Shown here: in pieces, positions 12,471 to 26,409 of the stretch
Layout of the letters: each line of letters begins with the position of its first letter
Numbering within the stretch: the stretch's first letter is position 1
Assembly: GCA_965153285.1 (NCBI GenBank)
Contig: OZ229129.1
Direction: 5' to 3' (one strand)
DNA length: 64,000 bases
Source: Podarcis tiliguerta
Lineage: Eukaryota
The notes under the pieces: generated by a model
Databases searched by the model: none
Told to the model about the DNA's origin: nothing
The model's input: the letters and a program-made list of their open reading frames with translations, nothing else
Translations under genes and position numbers: made by a program

Positions 12471-13255
12471 CAAGCTACATATCAGAGAGAGCAAGCGAGG
12501 GAGAGATGGAGAGATGTAAGCAATCATCAGAACAAAGCCCAGGGTGTTACTATTTACTTCAAAAGAATCTGTAATCTATTAACATGCTGTCTGTATATAC
12601 ATATTTATTTATTTCCCCCATCACAAGGGAGACACCTAGTCACTACAGATAATGAGGCTTATGACAACCTTGTCCATTCTCTTTTTAGAAGGCCAATAGA
12701 ACAACTTGTTGGGGTGTGTTTTTTTTTCTTGCTTAAGATTGCCAGGACAGTAACACACGACTTGTATTGCTGACCATTGGCTATTTTCAGGCAGTTGTGA
12801 GGATATGTGAAAAAGCCAGATCTGTGCTGACTTTCCAGATACTGTCATTAGATGCAAAACATCTTCTCAAGGCAACACACCTAGAAATCAAGATTAGCAA
12901 AGGCCAACAAAAATACAGCCAGGAATAGTGAGCCATCTCAATGTTACCTCTGTTTATCAACTTTGGGAGAATGATGAAGAGCAACTTGGAAAATTGCTTC
13001 ATCCAAAGACCACCTCCTGGTTAAATTTGCCTAAGTGCTAACTTGATTCTGAACAACAGTTTCATACTTTTAAATAAAGAGGTATTTCTAAGGATCAGTT
13101 ACCATTTTTAAAACACATTTACTGCCTTGTAGAACAGTACTGCTTTTTTGTTTGCTGTGATTTATTACTGGGTATTTAATATTGTGTATGTACTTCATAT
13201 TTAAAACAGATCACAAAGCGCTTTTCATACAAGCCAATTCAAAAATAAAGGGACC

Positions 13256-14054
13256 ATGAAGGCAGCAGTTTGCTTATTGCTAATGGCTATTGTGGGAGTG
13301 CGTGCCAGCAAGACCCAAGATTTCGAAGGCAGCGATGAGGGAGAGGAGCAAGAATTCATTTACACAAACAGGTATAAGCGCTCCAGCGACACACAAGACA
13401 AGTGCACTTATACCTTCATTGTACCTCAGCAGAAAGTGACGGGTGCCATTTGTGTTAATTCAAAGGAACCCGAAGTACTTGAAAACAGGGTAAATAAGCA
13501 AGAACTAGAGCTACTGAACAATGAGCTGTTAAAGCAAAAGAGGCAAATAGAAACCCTCCAGCAGCTGGTGGAGGTAGATGGAGGAATTGTTAATGAGGTG
13601 AAGCTTTTACGGAAAGAGAGCCGCAACATGAACTCGCGGGTCACCCAGTTGTACATGCAGCTGCTGCATGAGATCATCCGAAAACGGGACAATGCTTTAG
13701 AACTTTCCCAACTGGAAAATAAGATACTGAATCAGACTGCTGACATGTTGCAGCTTGCAAATAAATACAAAGACCTGGAGCACAAGTACCAGCATTTGGT
13801 ATCCATTGCTAATAACCAGTCTATAATAATTGCACAGCTAGAAGAGTACTGCCAAAGAACACCCTCCATTAAACCAATCCCACAACCTCCACAGCCACCA
13901 AATCGAGTCTACCAGCCTCCCACTTACAATCGTATCACTAACCAAATATCCACCAATGAGATCCAGAGTGACCAGAATTTAAAGATTCTACCACCGACTC
14001 TCCCAACCATGTCTTCAGTTACCAGTATCCCAACTTCCACTGACAAACCATCAG
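13256..14054 (+). CDS. ANGPTL2: Angiopoietin-related protein 2, first coding exon (signal peptide, RYKR motif, coiled coil, Pro-rich linker); exon begins at 13210
   Basis: Translation MKAAVCLLL...DKCTYTFIVPQQKVTGAICVNSKEPE...STDKPS. Acceptor aaacag|13210, Kozak accATGa, donor TCAG|GTAAGT (phase 1); 799 coding nt. Confidence 0.98.
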
Positions 14055-15526
14055 GTAAGTGGAGTACTCAATATACTTAAATATCACTAATGCCTAAACA
14101 GCTTTATAAAACAAAGTCTCAATCTCATTATTGTGGATAAGTTGTAATGATGACACTTCAGAGCTTAAAAGAGTGAGATAAACACCCAGCTGCAATAACA
14201 AGATGAGAATTACCAGGCAGGGCAGGGCAGGGTTGAGCTCTTTGGAAAAACCCCATATTGCAACAGTGCAAGACAACTAAGCTCTGGAGCTAGAGGTGTA
14301 GTTTTTTGCTCACTATCTTCAGATCAGACTGATTTCTTAAAAGCATGGAGCATTCTGGACTGCCCTTAATCCTCCCTCCAGAATACCAGAAGCTGCAAGG
14401 GGCGAGTCAGGACAATTTCATCCAACTCCACCTTGTTCCCTGTCACATCCAACTGACATCCTCAACGTTTCAGTAGCCCCATTTTGCTGCATAGGCATGG
14501 TATCACTGAGGTCAGTATCAAAGCCATGAAGTGAGCAAATGATAGTGCTATAAAACTGCTTTATACATTTTGCATTCTTGCTTTAAAATAACAGGATTTG
14601 ACATGTCAATACTTTGTGATAAATATGGGATTAGCTTATTTTCTAAAGATGCTTTGCATGTTGCCTGGCCTACATTATACAATGCAGAAAATTTTGATAT
14701 TTCATTCATTCAATTCATTCATTTATTCATTCATTTGAGCCTTTATAAACCATTAACTCATAGGAAATATAATAGTGGTGTACAATAAAATCTTTACACA
14801 AAATAATATGATACATAACAAATGACCAACACGGAATCAAATTAATTATTTAAAAACACTTGGCAAAAGAAAAACACTTTTATGCAAGGGATGAAATATT
14901 AAAATTGTAGGCACCTGTCTTGGCCCAGTTCACATGTTATGGTAAATAATAATAATTTACCAATAATGTACCTTTCTGAGTTGTTTTCCTCCCACTAAGG
15001 TTCAAGGGTAATAAACCATTATCCACAGCTTAGTGGTTATGTCCAAACCAGGGGTTGCAGCTTGCTTTGCTCTGATAATGTGTAGCTCTTGCCAGGCTGG
15101 AGAGATGTAGGGTATGTATGGGTAGCCACCACTAACTATTGTGTGGGTTCAATGTAACCCACTTATTGGCTCTGATCCTACTCACAACTGGTACGTAGCC
15201 CATGGATAGCTGCATATGAGGAAATGCAGCCCTTGGGCTCAAAAATTGTCCCCATCCCTGTTATAGCGATTCTGAGTACAAGGTTGCATCTCCTTGTCAT
15301 CATGGGTCTGCCAAGGGTCCTATGCTCCATAATTTTTATATGCAATGGTAAGTTAATTATTTCTTCAAGTTGATGCAGAATGATCCAATCAAAATCACTG
15401 GAACAAGTTACTCATGCTTTGAAAATTAAGTCCCATTTATTAAAATTCAACTAGATTAGTATGTATCCAATCCAGTGTTGTATGAGTTTACCTTTTTTAT
15501 CTTGTAAGAGTATGTGTTTATACAGA

Positions 15527-15666
15527 CTGGGGGTGGGAAGCCTGTGGTTCTCCAGATGTTGCTGGACTACAACTCTCACCAATCCCAGATGTTGGCCATG
15601 CTGGCTGAGAGTGGTGAAAGTTGGGAGTTAAATAATATCTGGAGGGCCTCATGTTCCCCGCCCCTT

Positions 15667-15667
<1 letters not shown>
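15527..15667. mobile_element. Palindromic hAT MITE (ggactacaactcccatc family), followed by (CA)n at 15669-15702
   Basis: Inverted arms ctccagatgtt and atatctggag; same family as the copy at 61664. Confidence 0.75.
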
Positions 15668-15705
<38 letters not shown>

Positions 15706-17340
15706 CAAATAAAACAGTCTGACAGGTGGGAGGATATAGCAAGGGCAGGAAAAAATAATCAACTCATTTGTGAAATATTGGGTTATGATGATTTGGAGAG
15801 CTTATTAAGCCTCGTAAACATTCCAGGGTCCTTTAATGTACAGCATAAAATAACCACATAAAAAGGTTTATTAAAAAGGAGTCCTAACTTTTATTTTTTT
15901 AATGCATCGACCATTTCTGAGGTTACTTAAAAACTGAGTAAAACAACCAAAATGACTATTCATGGCTCTTTTGGCCCAAAGAAACCAGGCTGTAAGCAGG
16001 CATGTTTAAATTCACATGGTTGTGTTTTCTGCTAGTATTGTTTTTACTGAGGGAATGGTTAGTGGTAAAAGGTGACCTCACTCCAAATAGCAATGTTATT
16101 ATTGTTATTATCAGTTTTTCCATTATGAACTCCTTGATTTCAAATGGATTATAACTTGGCCAGAAACCTTTGCTCCAGGCTAAAACATGACATCAAATAT
16201 GGCAACCTGGCAGCAATTAAAGAATCAAAATAAAAAACAGGTAAAACACTGTTTTTAATACCAGTAGCAAGAAGAAAAATTCCCTGTTACTGATACTTGA
16301 GCCCATTGTTAAAAGTCATGCTACAGGCAGGGGAAATAAATAAATAAATAAATGCACTTAAGCATCACATTGTTCAGCCACAGGTTTCTGGATGACTGCA
16401 CCTTTGGGTATTGTGTTTCTCAGAAGAGGAGCGCAAAATTTCATCAGAGAATCATTTGCCATATACACAGTACTGAAAGCACTATTAAACAAGAGACAAT
16501 AGTTTGGTTTTATCATGGCCCATAAGAGGAACCTAAGTGGAACCATGAGGGGGAGAATAAAGTTAGGCAGCAAGATCTCATAAACAAATGTTTAAAAAGA
16601 CACGCAAAGCTATAGCCACATCAAAGAAATTATATAGGCATAGATGGGACTACTTAGCGTTTTGAAATTGCATGAGAGGCATAGGCATTTACTTGCACAA
16701 ATCTCTGCTGAGAAGTGATGTGGTCCCATTAGTTCATGTTACTTCCTCCATCCAGCTGAAGCGGTAGCTCTGCTCGGCGTGAGGGATTTAAAGATATTTG
16801 GACTAGATAGGAACATCCTATTGTCTAGTCTATGCATATTAACTTGAAAGTATGCATCAGAGTGCTTAATGAGGATTACTTCTTAGAATCTGTGTAAAGA
16901 CTGTAGTCTTAGAGACTATTCACATGAATGTTAGCACATGGGAACAAAAGAAAAGAATCAAGCTGTGCTGAATTCCAGTTTCATCAGACTGTCATTGGTA
17001 TGACACCAGATAGGTTTTTAGCAGATGAGAGCATATTCATACTGAAGGCCAATCAAGACTGAATGCAGAAGCATGAAGACAAAGCCAACACTACTTTAAC
17101 TTGCCCTAAGTTTTCCCCCATTGCCACCATGGCATATTGTCAGATTCACACGTAACATTAAACTATGATTTAGTGATACTCACATGTGTCTGTAGACTTG
17201 AATTCTTCCCCATTAATCTGTTGTCTTCTAGTAGAGCCAAAAAGAGATACAACCTGTTGCTCCCATTTCCAACTAAGCATAGCTGCATGTTATGGCTGTG
17301 CCCAAACAAACAATAATTTGTGTTAACTATGGTTTTGTGT

Positions 17341-17476
17341 GAGGGTCACTAACCTTTGACCCTCTAGTTGTTATCAGACTACAAATCTGATCATCCCTGG
17401 TCATTGGCAATGCTGGCTGGAGCTGATGGGAGATAGCGTCCAACAACATCTGGAGGGCCAAATGTTGGCCACCCTG
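17341..17476. mobile_element. Palindromic hAT MITE, same family
   Basis: gactacaaat...catccctggtcattggc...aacatctggagggc. Confidence 0.7.
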
Positions 17477-19388
17477 GTTGAAGAACAAGCCAATGTCAAA
17501 ACACAGTTAATTATGCTAGCTTGTTTCCCATAGTAAATACTGGCACAGTTTCTAATATGGATGGAAGTACATAACTATTGGAAGTTGAAAATGGAAGCAA
17601 AACCTTCCAATCTCATGGCCATGTCAGAGGAAAAGAGGTGCGTATGTAAGCCCTATCTTGTTCAGACTCATTCTGTAGTGCTAAACTATAGTTTAGCATA
17701 GTGTTCAAATCCAGTAACTTAGTAGTTGCTTAAAAAGGGGGCTTCTGACAGAGTTTAGTATGATGTGTATTTTCAGATCATAACCTTGGTTTTAGGAAAC
17801 AGAAATGAGAAATTCATATCAAAGTTTCCAGAACATAGTCTGATGAGGTCTGAATCTGACAAGTGCCTGGATGGGAAACCACCTAGGAACATCTATATGT
17901 ATCCCATCACTGAAGGCAAGATATAAAATCTTACTTGTAAACAAGTTTTGTTAATACTGAAATACCCTTCCAAATTTAGTGAAGCAAATCAATACATAAT
18001 CATTACTATGACAAAGAACAACAGCACTACATGTTCAACATTTAATTCCATAACTGGGCCAAATGTGGTTTGTGTGTGTGAGTGAGTGAGAGAGAGAGAG
18101 AGAGGGAGAAATATGGCATCATATTTTAAAGATATATACAGAAAGATATTTTGTCAACTTATGACATATGTGGTAAATCATAAATTCAACAGAAACACTT
18201 ACAATTTGGGCAAAATTTCATTGGTAGTGTCACAGTGAGTTTAAACTTCTTTACAAATCCCAGGAGAAAATAAAACGTGATGGATAAAATTTTTCAAGCA
18301 CCAGGAAAGAGTGTTCCACAACAAAAACTGGAAAGAAGCTGCACATAAGCCTCAGACAGTAGTGCTGGAGAAAAACATTCTCATGAATGTCACTAAGAAT
18401 AAAGGAGTAGCTTTCGTAGTGCCATAATTTATTAGACTTGCTTTTTGGACTGCATAAATTATTTTCTGTGGATAGGATTAAAGTAATATGTTTTTGTCAA
18501 ACTACTTGCCAAATGGTCTCATTCTACAACAAAACATTTGAATAGAGCTACGAACAAAGCTGTTACTATATTTAAAAAGGGCCCTTAAACTATGTCTAAT
18601 ATGCACAATTGTGAGGGTGGAATTCAATACACTAATACAATTGTTCCATCAACACAAGCATTTCTGCTTGCTAGATGGCTTGCTAGATCTCTTCCTATGT
18701 GCTGTTCTGGGGTTCTCCCAATTCTCCAGAGCATATTTGGGGGAAGCATGGGGGGAGGAGAGGGAGGAAAGTCCCCTTGTGCTGGCTTATGCAAGCAATA
18801 CTGGGTTAAGTTGACTCCAGTCTTGAGTTATGCTGCAATTCTAGGGGAACACAAAGAAGTCGCAGAATTCAGTTTCCTGAGATAAACAACTTCCAGTTTC
18901 TTTTAAAAAGCAAGCATGTAGTTCCTTGCTAGTTTCCTAGCAAAATATGCTTGAAAGTGGGTAGCCTGTTGAAATCAGGCTGAATAAGATTTCCAAGGGC
19001 ATGGCTTCAATGCCTTGCAAGATTCCTTGTTCTGCTAGTCCCTTGACTGGCAAAACTGAAAACAGCCATGTAGTAAATAAAGAATTACAAGGTAATGTTT
19101 ATAATACATTCATTTGTATGATTTATTAATGCTGCAAAGTACTGGTTTTCATGGCAAGGAATAGAAATAGAGGTTTTTTAGAGCACCATACTCCAGACAA
19201 ATTTGCTCTAGGTCCTGGAAGAATGCAGTCAATAACTAAAACTACAGCATTCTGGACTACTGATGGTGAATTCACATGGCCCTTCTGCAATCATTTAATG
19301 TCAAGATCTAAATAGACCATTATTGTGGCCAGGTATAACACATTGCATATTTCTTAGCCACAGCACAAATAATACCTAAATTTAAATA

Positions 19389-19641
19389 CAGTGGTACCTC
19401 TAGATACGAACGGAATCCATTCCAGAGCCCCGTTCGTATCTAGAAGTAAATGTAACTAGCGGCGGCACATCTGCGCACGGCGCATGTTGCTTTTCACCGC
19501 TTCTGCACATGCGCGTGATGTCATTTTGAGCATCTGCACATGCGCAAGCTCTGAAACCCGGAACTAAAGCGCTCCGTTACTTCCGAGGAGCACAACTCGA
19601 ACGTGCTCAACTCGAAGCGTCTTCAACCTGAGGTATGACTG
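19389..19641. mobile_element. Tc1/mariner-type MITE
   Basis: ta|cagtggtacctc...gaggtatgactg|ta; CpG-rich gcgcatgcgc core. Confidence 0.85.
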
Positions 19642-22490
19642 TACTATTTATATAAAAATACATTTCTGGGTTTCTATGGTTGATAGGAGCTTTCCCCCAC
19701 TTTTTCTTCTCCATGATCCCAAAAGGTAGCAGTTGAACAGAAACCATTTCTTATTCAGAAATAGGAGGAATTCACAGCACCAAACACTAGATTTGTACCT
19801 TCAATCCAATACCACACTTCCATTGGCAGAAAGCATTTTCTGCATATGGAAGGGCCATTTTGAGCTAGTAAAGAATGTTGGGTGAGAAAAACAAGCCTAG
19901 AGCCAAATAAATTGTTGCATTTGCACAAGCTCCTCTGAAAAACTTTGTATGAGCTCCTTACAATACATTTGATGACCTGCTAGCGTGCATATGCTTCAGC
20001 CTGTGTTTTCAGCTCACCATGTTTCTCATCCTTTGATGCAACCCATAGAATATAATAGTTGCACTGCAAGAGGATGTCTGCTACTGCTTGCGCAAGATTC
20101 AAAAATATAGCATTAATCCATTTTTTCCTCCCAATTGTTTGCATCCCTGACAGGAACGCATCATTAACTCCAATATACCAGTTTTAATTCTGAGTCCTAT
20201 TACATAAGGACTACAGTTTTTCAATTCTTTTTGTTTATTGCCCAAGTAACCCTGTGTGAAATATATTTTCTAAAATGTGTGAAATACATTTTCTAGAAAA
20301 GGGAAATAAAATGAGATTTTTTTGGTTGCAAACCTTTATAAAAAAACATCATTCCAAGGCAAACTTCACAATTCTTAACAAAATGAAGCTTCTAAATGTT
20401 AAGAAAATCGCCTAACCCTTCCTAAAATTTAAGGCTAGTGTCCTTGGCTTAGGTTTGGAAACAGTTGGATGCAACCCACCTACCCAGGAAATTTCTAACT
20501 GTGTTATTCCTGCAGGAGCTAGAGTTCCACCCCTGCAGAGAGATTAAACAATTACCTTATTACTACAGATTCTTTCTACTGTTCATACTGCCAGGGGACC
20601 AAGAATAATTTGCTCTTCCAACTTACTAGCACCTCCTTAGGGACACCTACTTCCCACTCTAAAGAACTTGGATCTGAATGCAGTACCTACAAAACTGTAT
20701 TTTCCTTTATTCAGTCATGGAAAACGTCCTTGGCTCCAAGGGAGATGCTGGAAATGTATCATAAACTGCAGAGCTCCTAAAGCCCTTCTATAGTATCATT
20801 TAACTAACAATTTTGCAAAGCTCTATCTGATTAATTTATCTTCCCCACCATTTTTAAATAAGTTATTTTTTTAAACATCAGCAATGGGAAAGGGGGATAG
20901 GAAGAATGAACTGAGATTATAGCATTTCTAAAAAGGAATTTATCTATTGCAAAATTTGCCTGGGGAAAAAAATTCAAGTGCAACTATGATGTCCACCGCC
21001 TGCTTTAATAGATAGTCTGGAAATTTCATCCAATGAATACAAATACTCATTTTTTTGTAAAGATGCTGAGCATTGCAGGATGAAACTCAGCAGAAATATA
21101 TTCTCCTGTAAAAATAAGCTTAAACCCTGCTCTCTCTGGCAGCTCTCTATAGGCATTAGGCACAACTTCCCAGTGCACATACAGTGCATTAAATTGCTGC
21201 AAAATAGACACATTGGTTTTTTTAAAAAATGATGTGACAAGAAGTACAGCTGCAACAAACTCCTTAACTCTAAATAAGATATGGAGGAGAGAAAAAAAGA
21301 GAGAGAGGTTCCAGTATGTAATATAGTATGCTGTTTTACATTACTATTTTTTAACTGCAGTGTGCAACCCTCTTATGTTGAATTTATTCCCCGTCTTAGT
21401 TTTATAGCTGAAATTCAACATATTTTATTTTCAGTTACATCTTAGAAATAAAACTAGTGTGGCCCTTTCTTTTATTCTGTGCAAACACTATCAAAGGGAC
21501 GCTACCAATACGCTCTGCCTTCTATGAGTTTTGAAGAGCACCACAAGAAAATGACAATATTCTCCAAGACATGACAACTGCAAACTCAGTCAGAATGTGG
21601 TATTTGTAGCACCCTCTGTAGCACTTCCATCCATTATTTCCATTCATCAAGTAACTTTGCAAGAAAAACTACAGTAACAAGGCCCACTGTTTTTCATGTG
21701 TAGTAATACATATTAAACAATATTGTTCATAGAACATTGCATTAATGTAGCTGTAGACCAGGGGTGTACAACTCAAAGAGTTCTGGTGGGGGGCACTATT
21801 ATATTTTCATTAAGAAGGCCATATTACTACATTAATCATAAAAAGCATTTCTGTTACATATGACAAAGTAAACCATCCATGCCTGACCAATCTTTCTTTG
21901 AAGGCTATCACAGCATTCTGATATGAAGCATCCTAAAAAGTACTTTATGCTAAGAACTTACCCTAAAATGCATTGCCGTAAGTGAGTGTTGTGGGGCACA
22001 CCCTCAGTTTGAATAGAATAACATGCAGGGCATCCAGTAGATGTTCAACTGCAATTTAAGTTTTCCTCAAGAAAGGATGACTCTACCTAGGATGTAATGT
22101 TTAATTTTATTTGTCCTCTGATGGCTTTCTTTCCCATGTTCTGAGAAAATATATGGTATTTGGGTACGGTGTTGCTTCTTGTGACTATTAGCGCCTGTTG
22201 TCTTTTTGTTTTAAATTTGATTTAATAAACAAATAGAGCAATTGTGGAGTAGGGATTCCAAGGCAGCGCAACTGCTAAACATCAAGGTAGAGGGGTAGAA
22301 TTTTTTATGTTTCCTCACACTGACTCCAATGGGAGAGGAATGGCAATGCCAGTCAAAAGACTGACATGCTTTGGGGCCAATTTTGTGGCCATGTCAGAAG
22401 AACAAAAGGCTTCAGACTCTGCAAATCCATGATTGCCTACAGCATGCCGCCTGAATGCCACCACCCCCTCTTGGCACAGCAGCATTTATA

Positions 22491-22702
22491 TAGTCATACC
22501 TCAAATTACAGACGCTTCAGGTTGTGTTTTTTTGGGTTGCGGACTGCCAAAACCTGGAAGTACCGGAACGGGTTACTTCTGGGTTTCGGCGGTCGCGCAT
22601 GCGCCGAAGACCAAATCGCAACCCGTGCGTGCGCAGATGCGCCGCTGCGGGTTGCGAACGTGCACCCCACATGGATCATGTTCGCAACCTGAGCATCCAT
22701 TG
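22491..22702. mobile_element. Tc1/mariner-type MITE, inverted relative to the 19389 copy
   Basis: ta|tagtcatacctc...gagcatccattg|ta; gcgcatgcgc core. Confidence 0.8.
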
Positions 22703-22999
22703 TACTGTTTTGTGAAACATCAAACATCCTTTGACTGGCAGCAGGACTACAATCTATATCTTGCTCCGCCATTGATGAAAGCCTGGTAAAATACTGATTC
22801 TAATTTCAACAACAAACAAGGGGGGGATCTGTATTTTTCCTGTTCATTTGGACTCTAAGAACACAACATCTGTAGGATTTGGGAGTGATGATGGTAGAGA
22901 TAAATACCTGCTAAAGCTTCAAATTATAAAAATGTAGTAACTCAAAGTTGGTTCAAGTGGCTTTTTAAAAAGAACAAGCAAGGAATCACATGGAAGATG

Positions 23000-23288
23000 T
23001 AATAAGCTTGTTATCTCCTGTTCTGGAGGGTAGGACTCAAGCCAATGGCTTCAAATTACAAGAAAGAAAATTACAACTAAACATTGGGAAAAACTTTCTG
23101 ACCGCAAGAGCAGTTTGACAGTGGAACAGTCTCGCTCAGGTGGTTTAGGTGTCTCCTTCCTTGGAGGTTTCTAAGCAGAGGTTGGGTCGCCATCTGTCAT
23201 GGATGCTTTAGCTGACATTCCTACATTGCAGGGGATTGGACTAGATGACCCCTGGGGTACCTTCCAACTCTAAGATACTATTATTCTA
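23000..23288 (+). mobile_element. CR1 LINE 3' end
   Basis: aaactttctgac...cagtggaac...ggactagatgacc...ccttccaactct followed by an attcta tail. Confidence 0.85.
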
Positions 23289-23609
23289 TAAATTTCGACT
23301 GGCGTATGGATATAAGCATGCCTCTTATTAACCACCCATAGAGACATCTATTTTTTGCTGCCAAGAAATATATCATTATAATATCTCTGATAAAAGCCTA
23401 CATAGATCATTCTCTGCATACCCGTTGCACATATTTTAACATTTATCCCAAACATGGAGATAAGTTTTTTAAAAAAATAAAACGACTTCTTCATTATTCT
23501 GTAGAACACAGCTGTCCTACAGCTGAGAAGAAAAATATCTCTAGGTGCCTTGAAATACCAGATTTACCGTATTACTTTACTATAAGCACATTATAGTGGA
23601 TACTAACAT

Positions 23610-23984
23610 AAAGGTAAAGGACCCCCTGGACAATTAAGTCCAGTCAAAGGTGACTATGGGGTGCAGCATTCATCTCACTTTTCAGGGCGAAGGAGTCGGC
23701 GTTTGTCCAGATAGCTTTCTGGGTCATGTGGTCAGCATGACTAAACCGCTACTGGTGCACAGAGGACCATGACGAGTGCCAGAGCGCATGGAAACGCCAC
23801 TTACCTTCCTGCCACAGCGGTACCTATTTATCTACTCGCGCTGGTATGCTTTCGAACTGCTAGGTTGGCAGAAGCTGGGACAGAGCAACGGACGCTCACC
23901 CTATCTTGCAGATTCGAATTGTCGACCTTCTGTTGGCAAGGCCAAGAGGCTCAGTGGTTTAGACCACAGCACCACCCGCATCCC
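23610..23984 (-). mobile_element. Sauria SINE, full length
   Basis: tRNA-like head with A/B boxes on the - strand, core ggtacctatttatctact, and an (ACCTTT) tail. Confidence 0.92.
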
Positions 23985-24424
23985 TTATTGCATATTGCAC
24001 CAGTGCAGATTAACTTAAGTGAGACTCTTCCAAAATCAAGGTCCACTAGAACACCAGCAAATTCAAGTAGTGCAAAAGTGGTGAACAGATTCCCAACAGA
24101 GGTATGCAGTAGTTTGGAAAGTTTGTTCACCCTTTCTCAGGCGGTTGGTTTTGCGAGAGGGCCCTGGGCCTCCTTGTGAAGTGCCCTATTGCAGGCCTGA
24201 TCGTCCTCCTGCCACCAAATTGGCCAACGGCGGCAGGAATTAGTGGTTGTTCCCCTGGGCACGGGACCAACTGACCAATTGTGGCCCTTGGCACAACACC
24301 CAGGGCAAGTTTAAATTTCCGATATGGTGGGCCTTTCGGCCTCTCTCTCACTGCAGGGCCTTGATAGGCAATAGACTACAGCATAGTTTGCACTGCAGCG
24401 AAGGTTTGCCATTGTCATATCACA
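23985..24424 (-). mobile_element. Possible LTR-like remnant
   Basis: The - strand begins TGTGATATGAC; GC-richer block with ccaat and tttaaa motifs. Boundaries uncertain. Confidence 0.25.
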
Positions 24425-24734
24425 GGTGTGGGTTCTGACTTGCCTTGGGATTAGTCTGAAAACAGCTTGGGTGCCTATATCTCTGCACATAAAACCTGTT
24501 GAGATTCTCAGGATGCTAAATAAAAGTCATCAGATCCTGCGCAAAATGCCCAAGGTTAAATCTAGTTTCTCTTCTGAAAATACAAATGTCTATGACTCTC
24601 TTGCAACATAGCTGACACCATTATCAATTCCCATGCCAATGTTATTTCTGGCAAGCAGTTCAGCTGTAAAATCCTTTCACAGCATAGGAAGCCAAAGACA
24701 ACTTTAACGGTCTCTGTGGAGGTTTCAAGAGCGG

Positions 24735-24760
24735 GTGTGTGTGTGTGTGTGTGTGTGTGT
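24735..24760. repeat. (TG)n microsatellite
   Basis: Direct reading. Confidence 0.95.
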
Positions 24761-26409
24761 GGAAGACATATGCACTGTTTATCTGTTGGTTGGTGCAATT
24801 GCATCTTAATGCCTTCACTATTGCCCTAAGAAAATGAAACAGTAAGCAATTCATAACAATAAGAAGTTTTCATGCTACTCATTTTAAATAAATATATATT
24901 AACTAGATGTAAAAACAAAACAAAAACTATTTTAATCAAGTTCCAACTGCCATCTGTTCAGTCTGGTAGGCAAGTAGTTTCTTGCACAGATGTCCCAAAG
25001 TAGGAAGCTTGCAACATGCAAAGTGGCCTTAAATAGAATAAAGGCTTCCCAGATGAGCACTCAAGAGACGTGTTGCATTACAGTGCATTTTGCACCTTTC
25101 CCGGCCCTCTTGAAAACAGGAGCTGGAGTTTGAACATAAAAAGTAAAATTGTGTCCAAACAATTCCTGCTCAAAGTTCAGAAGAGAAACAAGCAAACACA
25201 CAAACAGGATGCCAAACAGGCAAACTAGACTTTTTAAAAAAGCCTCACTTGGGATGGCCAATAAATAGCAGAGCATCTAATTTATCTTCATACTTCTAAA
25301 CTGGGTTGTCTGTGTTTAGGCATCTTGGTAACCTAAATTGGGTTGGGGTGGTGAGGGTAGGGAGGTTGAGAAAATATCTCTACAGATAATAGAACCCAAA
25401 CATTCGCAGAAAAATATCGAAGTTTGAAAAATACCTCCTGCATCCCAACCCAAACTTCTAAAAGGATTGTTGGTGTGCACTTCCCTAATTCTGCCAGGGA
25501 GTACCTCTCAGCAGGAGAAGGCTCACACAGATTATAGCTCTATGCACACAGACGATGTGAAATGATGTTGCTTAAGTCAACATAAGAGGACAATCTGTTG
25601 AGTCCCTGAAAATTTATCCTTCTGGTGGTGAAGATGCTTGCCTATTCCTGCAGAAAGGACTACAATGAGAGAGAAACTTTTACTATTGAAAGGATATTCA
25701 GGATTGAGTGGGATTCAACTTTTGGGTACAGACCACACAACACCTGTTCTCAGAGCCAATTCTCCCCATCAAAGAAGCTGTTTAGCAATGAAGAGGCAAC
25801 ATCTCATATTGATACAACTGCTTTCAGTAATAAGAACTTCCCCATCCTCCCATGCAGAATGGATTGTGCTGTTTCACATTTTATAATCAGTCAATTGCTG
25901 ACTACAGCATTTTAATGAACAAAATGCTTCAGAAGACCACAGCAACCAAGGCTAATTAAATATATCCAAAGATGACAGATCAAAAGACTAGCATGATTTT
26001 ACTCAATATGTCATGCATTCTATTCTGTGGTTGCACAGACAGGCATACTTAATAGTCTGAAAAGCACATTATAGACTGTCAACATATAAACAAACAAAGG
26101 ACTCTCAGCAACAGAATGTCATATTGCTCCAATCTGGCTCACTATAGGATACTGCATCTTCTCCTACACCTATGTAATCTAAACTGATTTTCAATGGAAC
26201 TTTAATTATTTTATGACGTACAGTTTTCTAGAACAATTGTTTTTCAGTCCACATTGCATAGAAATATGGATGCTCAGTCTGGTGAACTAATTACCTCTGC
26301 GTATGAAACAGCACAAAGAAAGAAAAATTCAATTCTAATCTGGAAGTGAAAACAAATTGGAAATATGTGCAACTGTGTTTGTTATGGACTTGTTTCTTTT
26401 GTCAACAAG

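Noticed and set aside
12720-12880. Cassette 5' UTR exon of ANGPTL2 (acceptors cttaag and tttcag)
   Set aside because: No convincing GT donor nearby; unsupported without transcript data.
13426-13692. 88-aa antisense ORF over the ANGPTL2 exon
   Set aside because: Shadow of coiled-coil codon usage; no similarity to RALGPS1 or any family I recognise.
22366-24179. Several 100-136 aa ORFs
   Set aside because: They overlap a MITE and a Sauria SINE and are explained by GC-rich repeat sequence.
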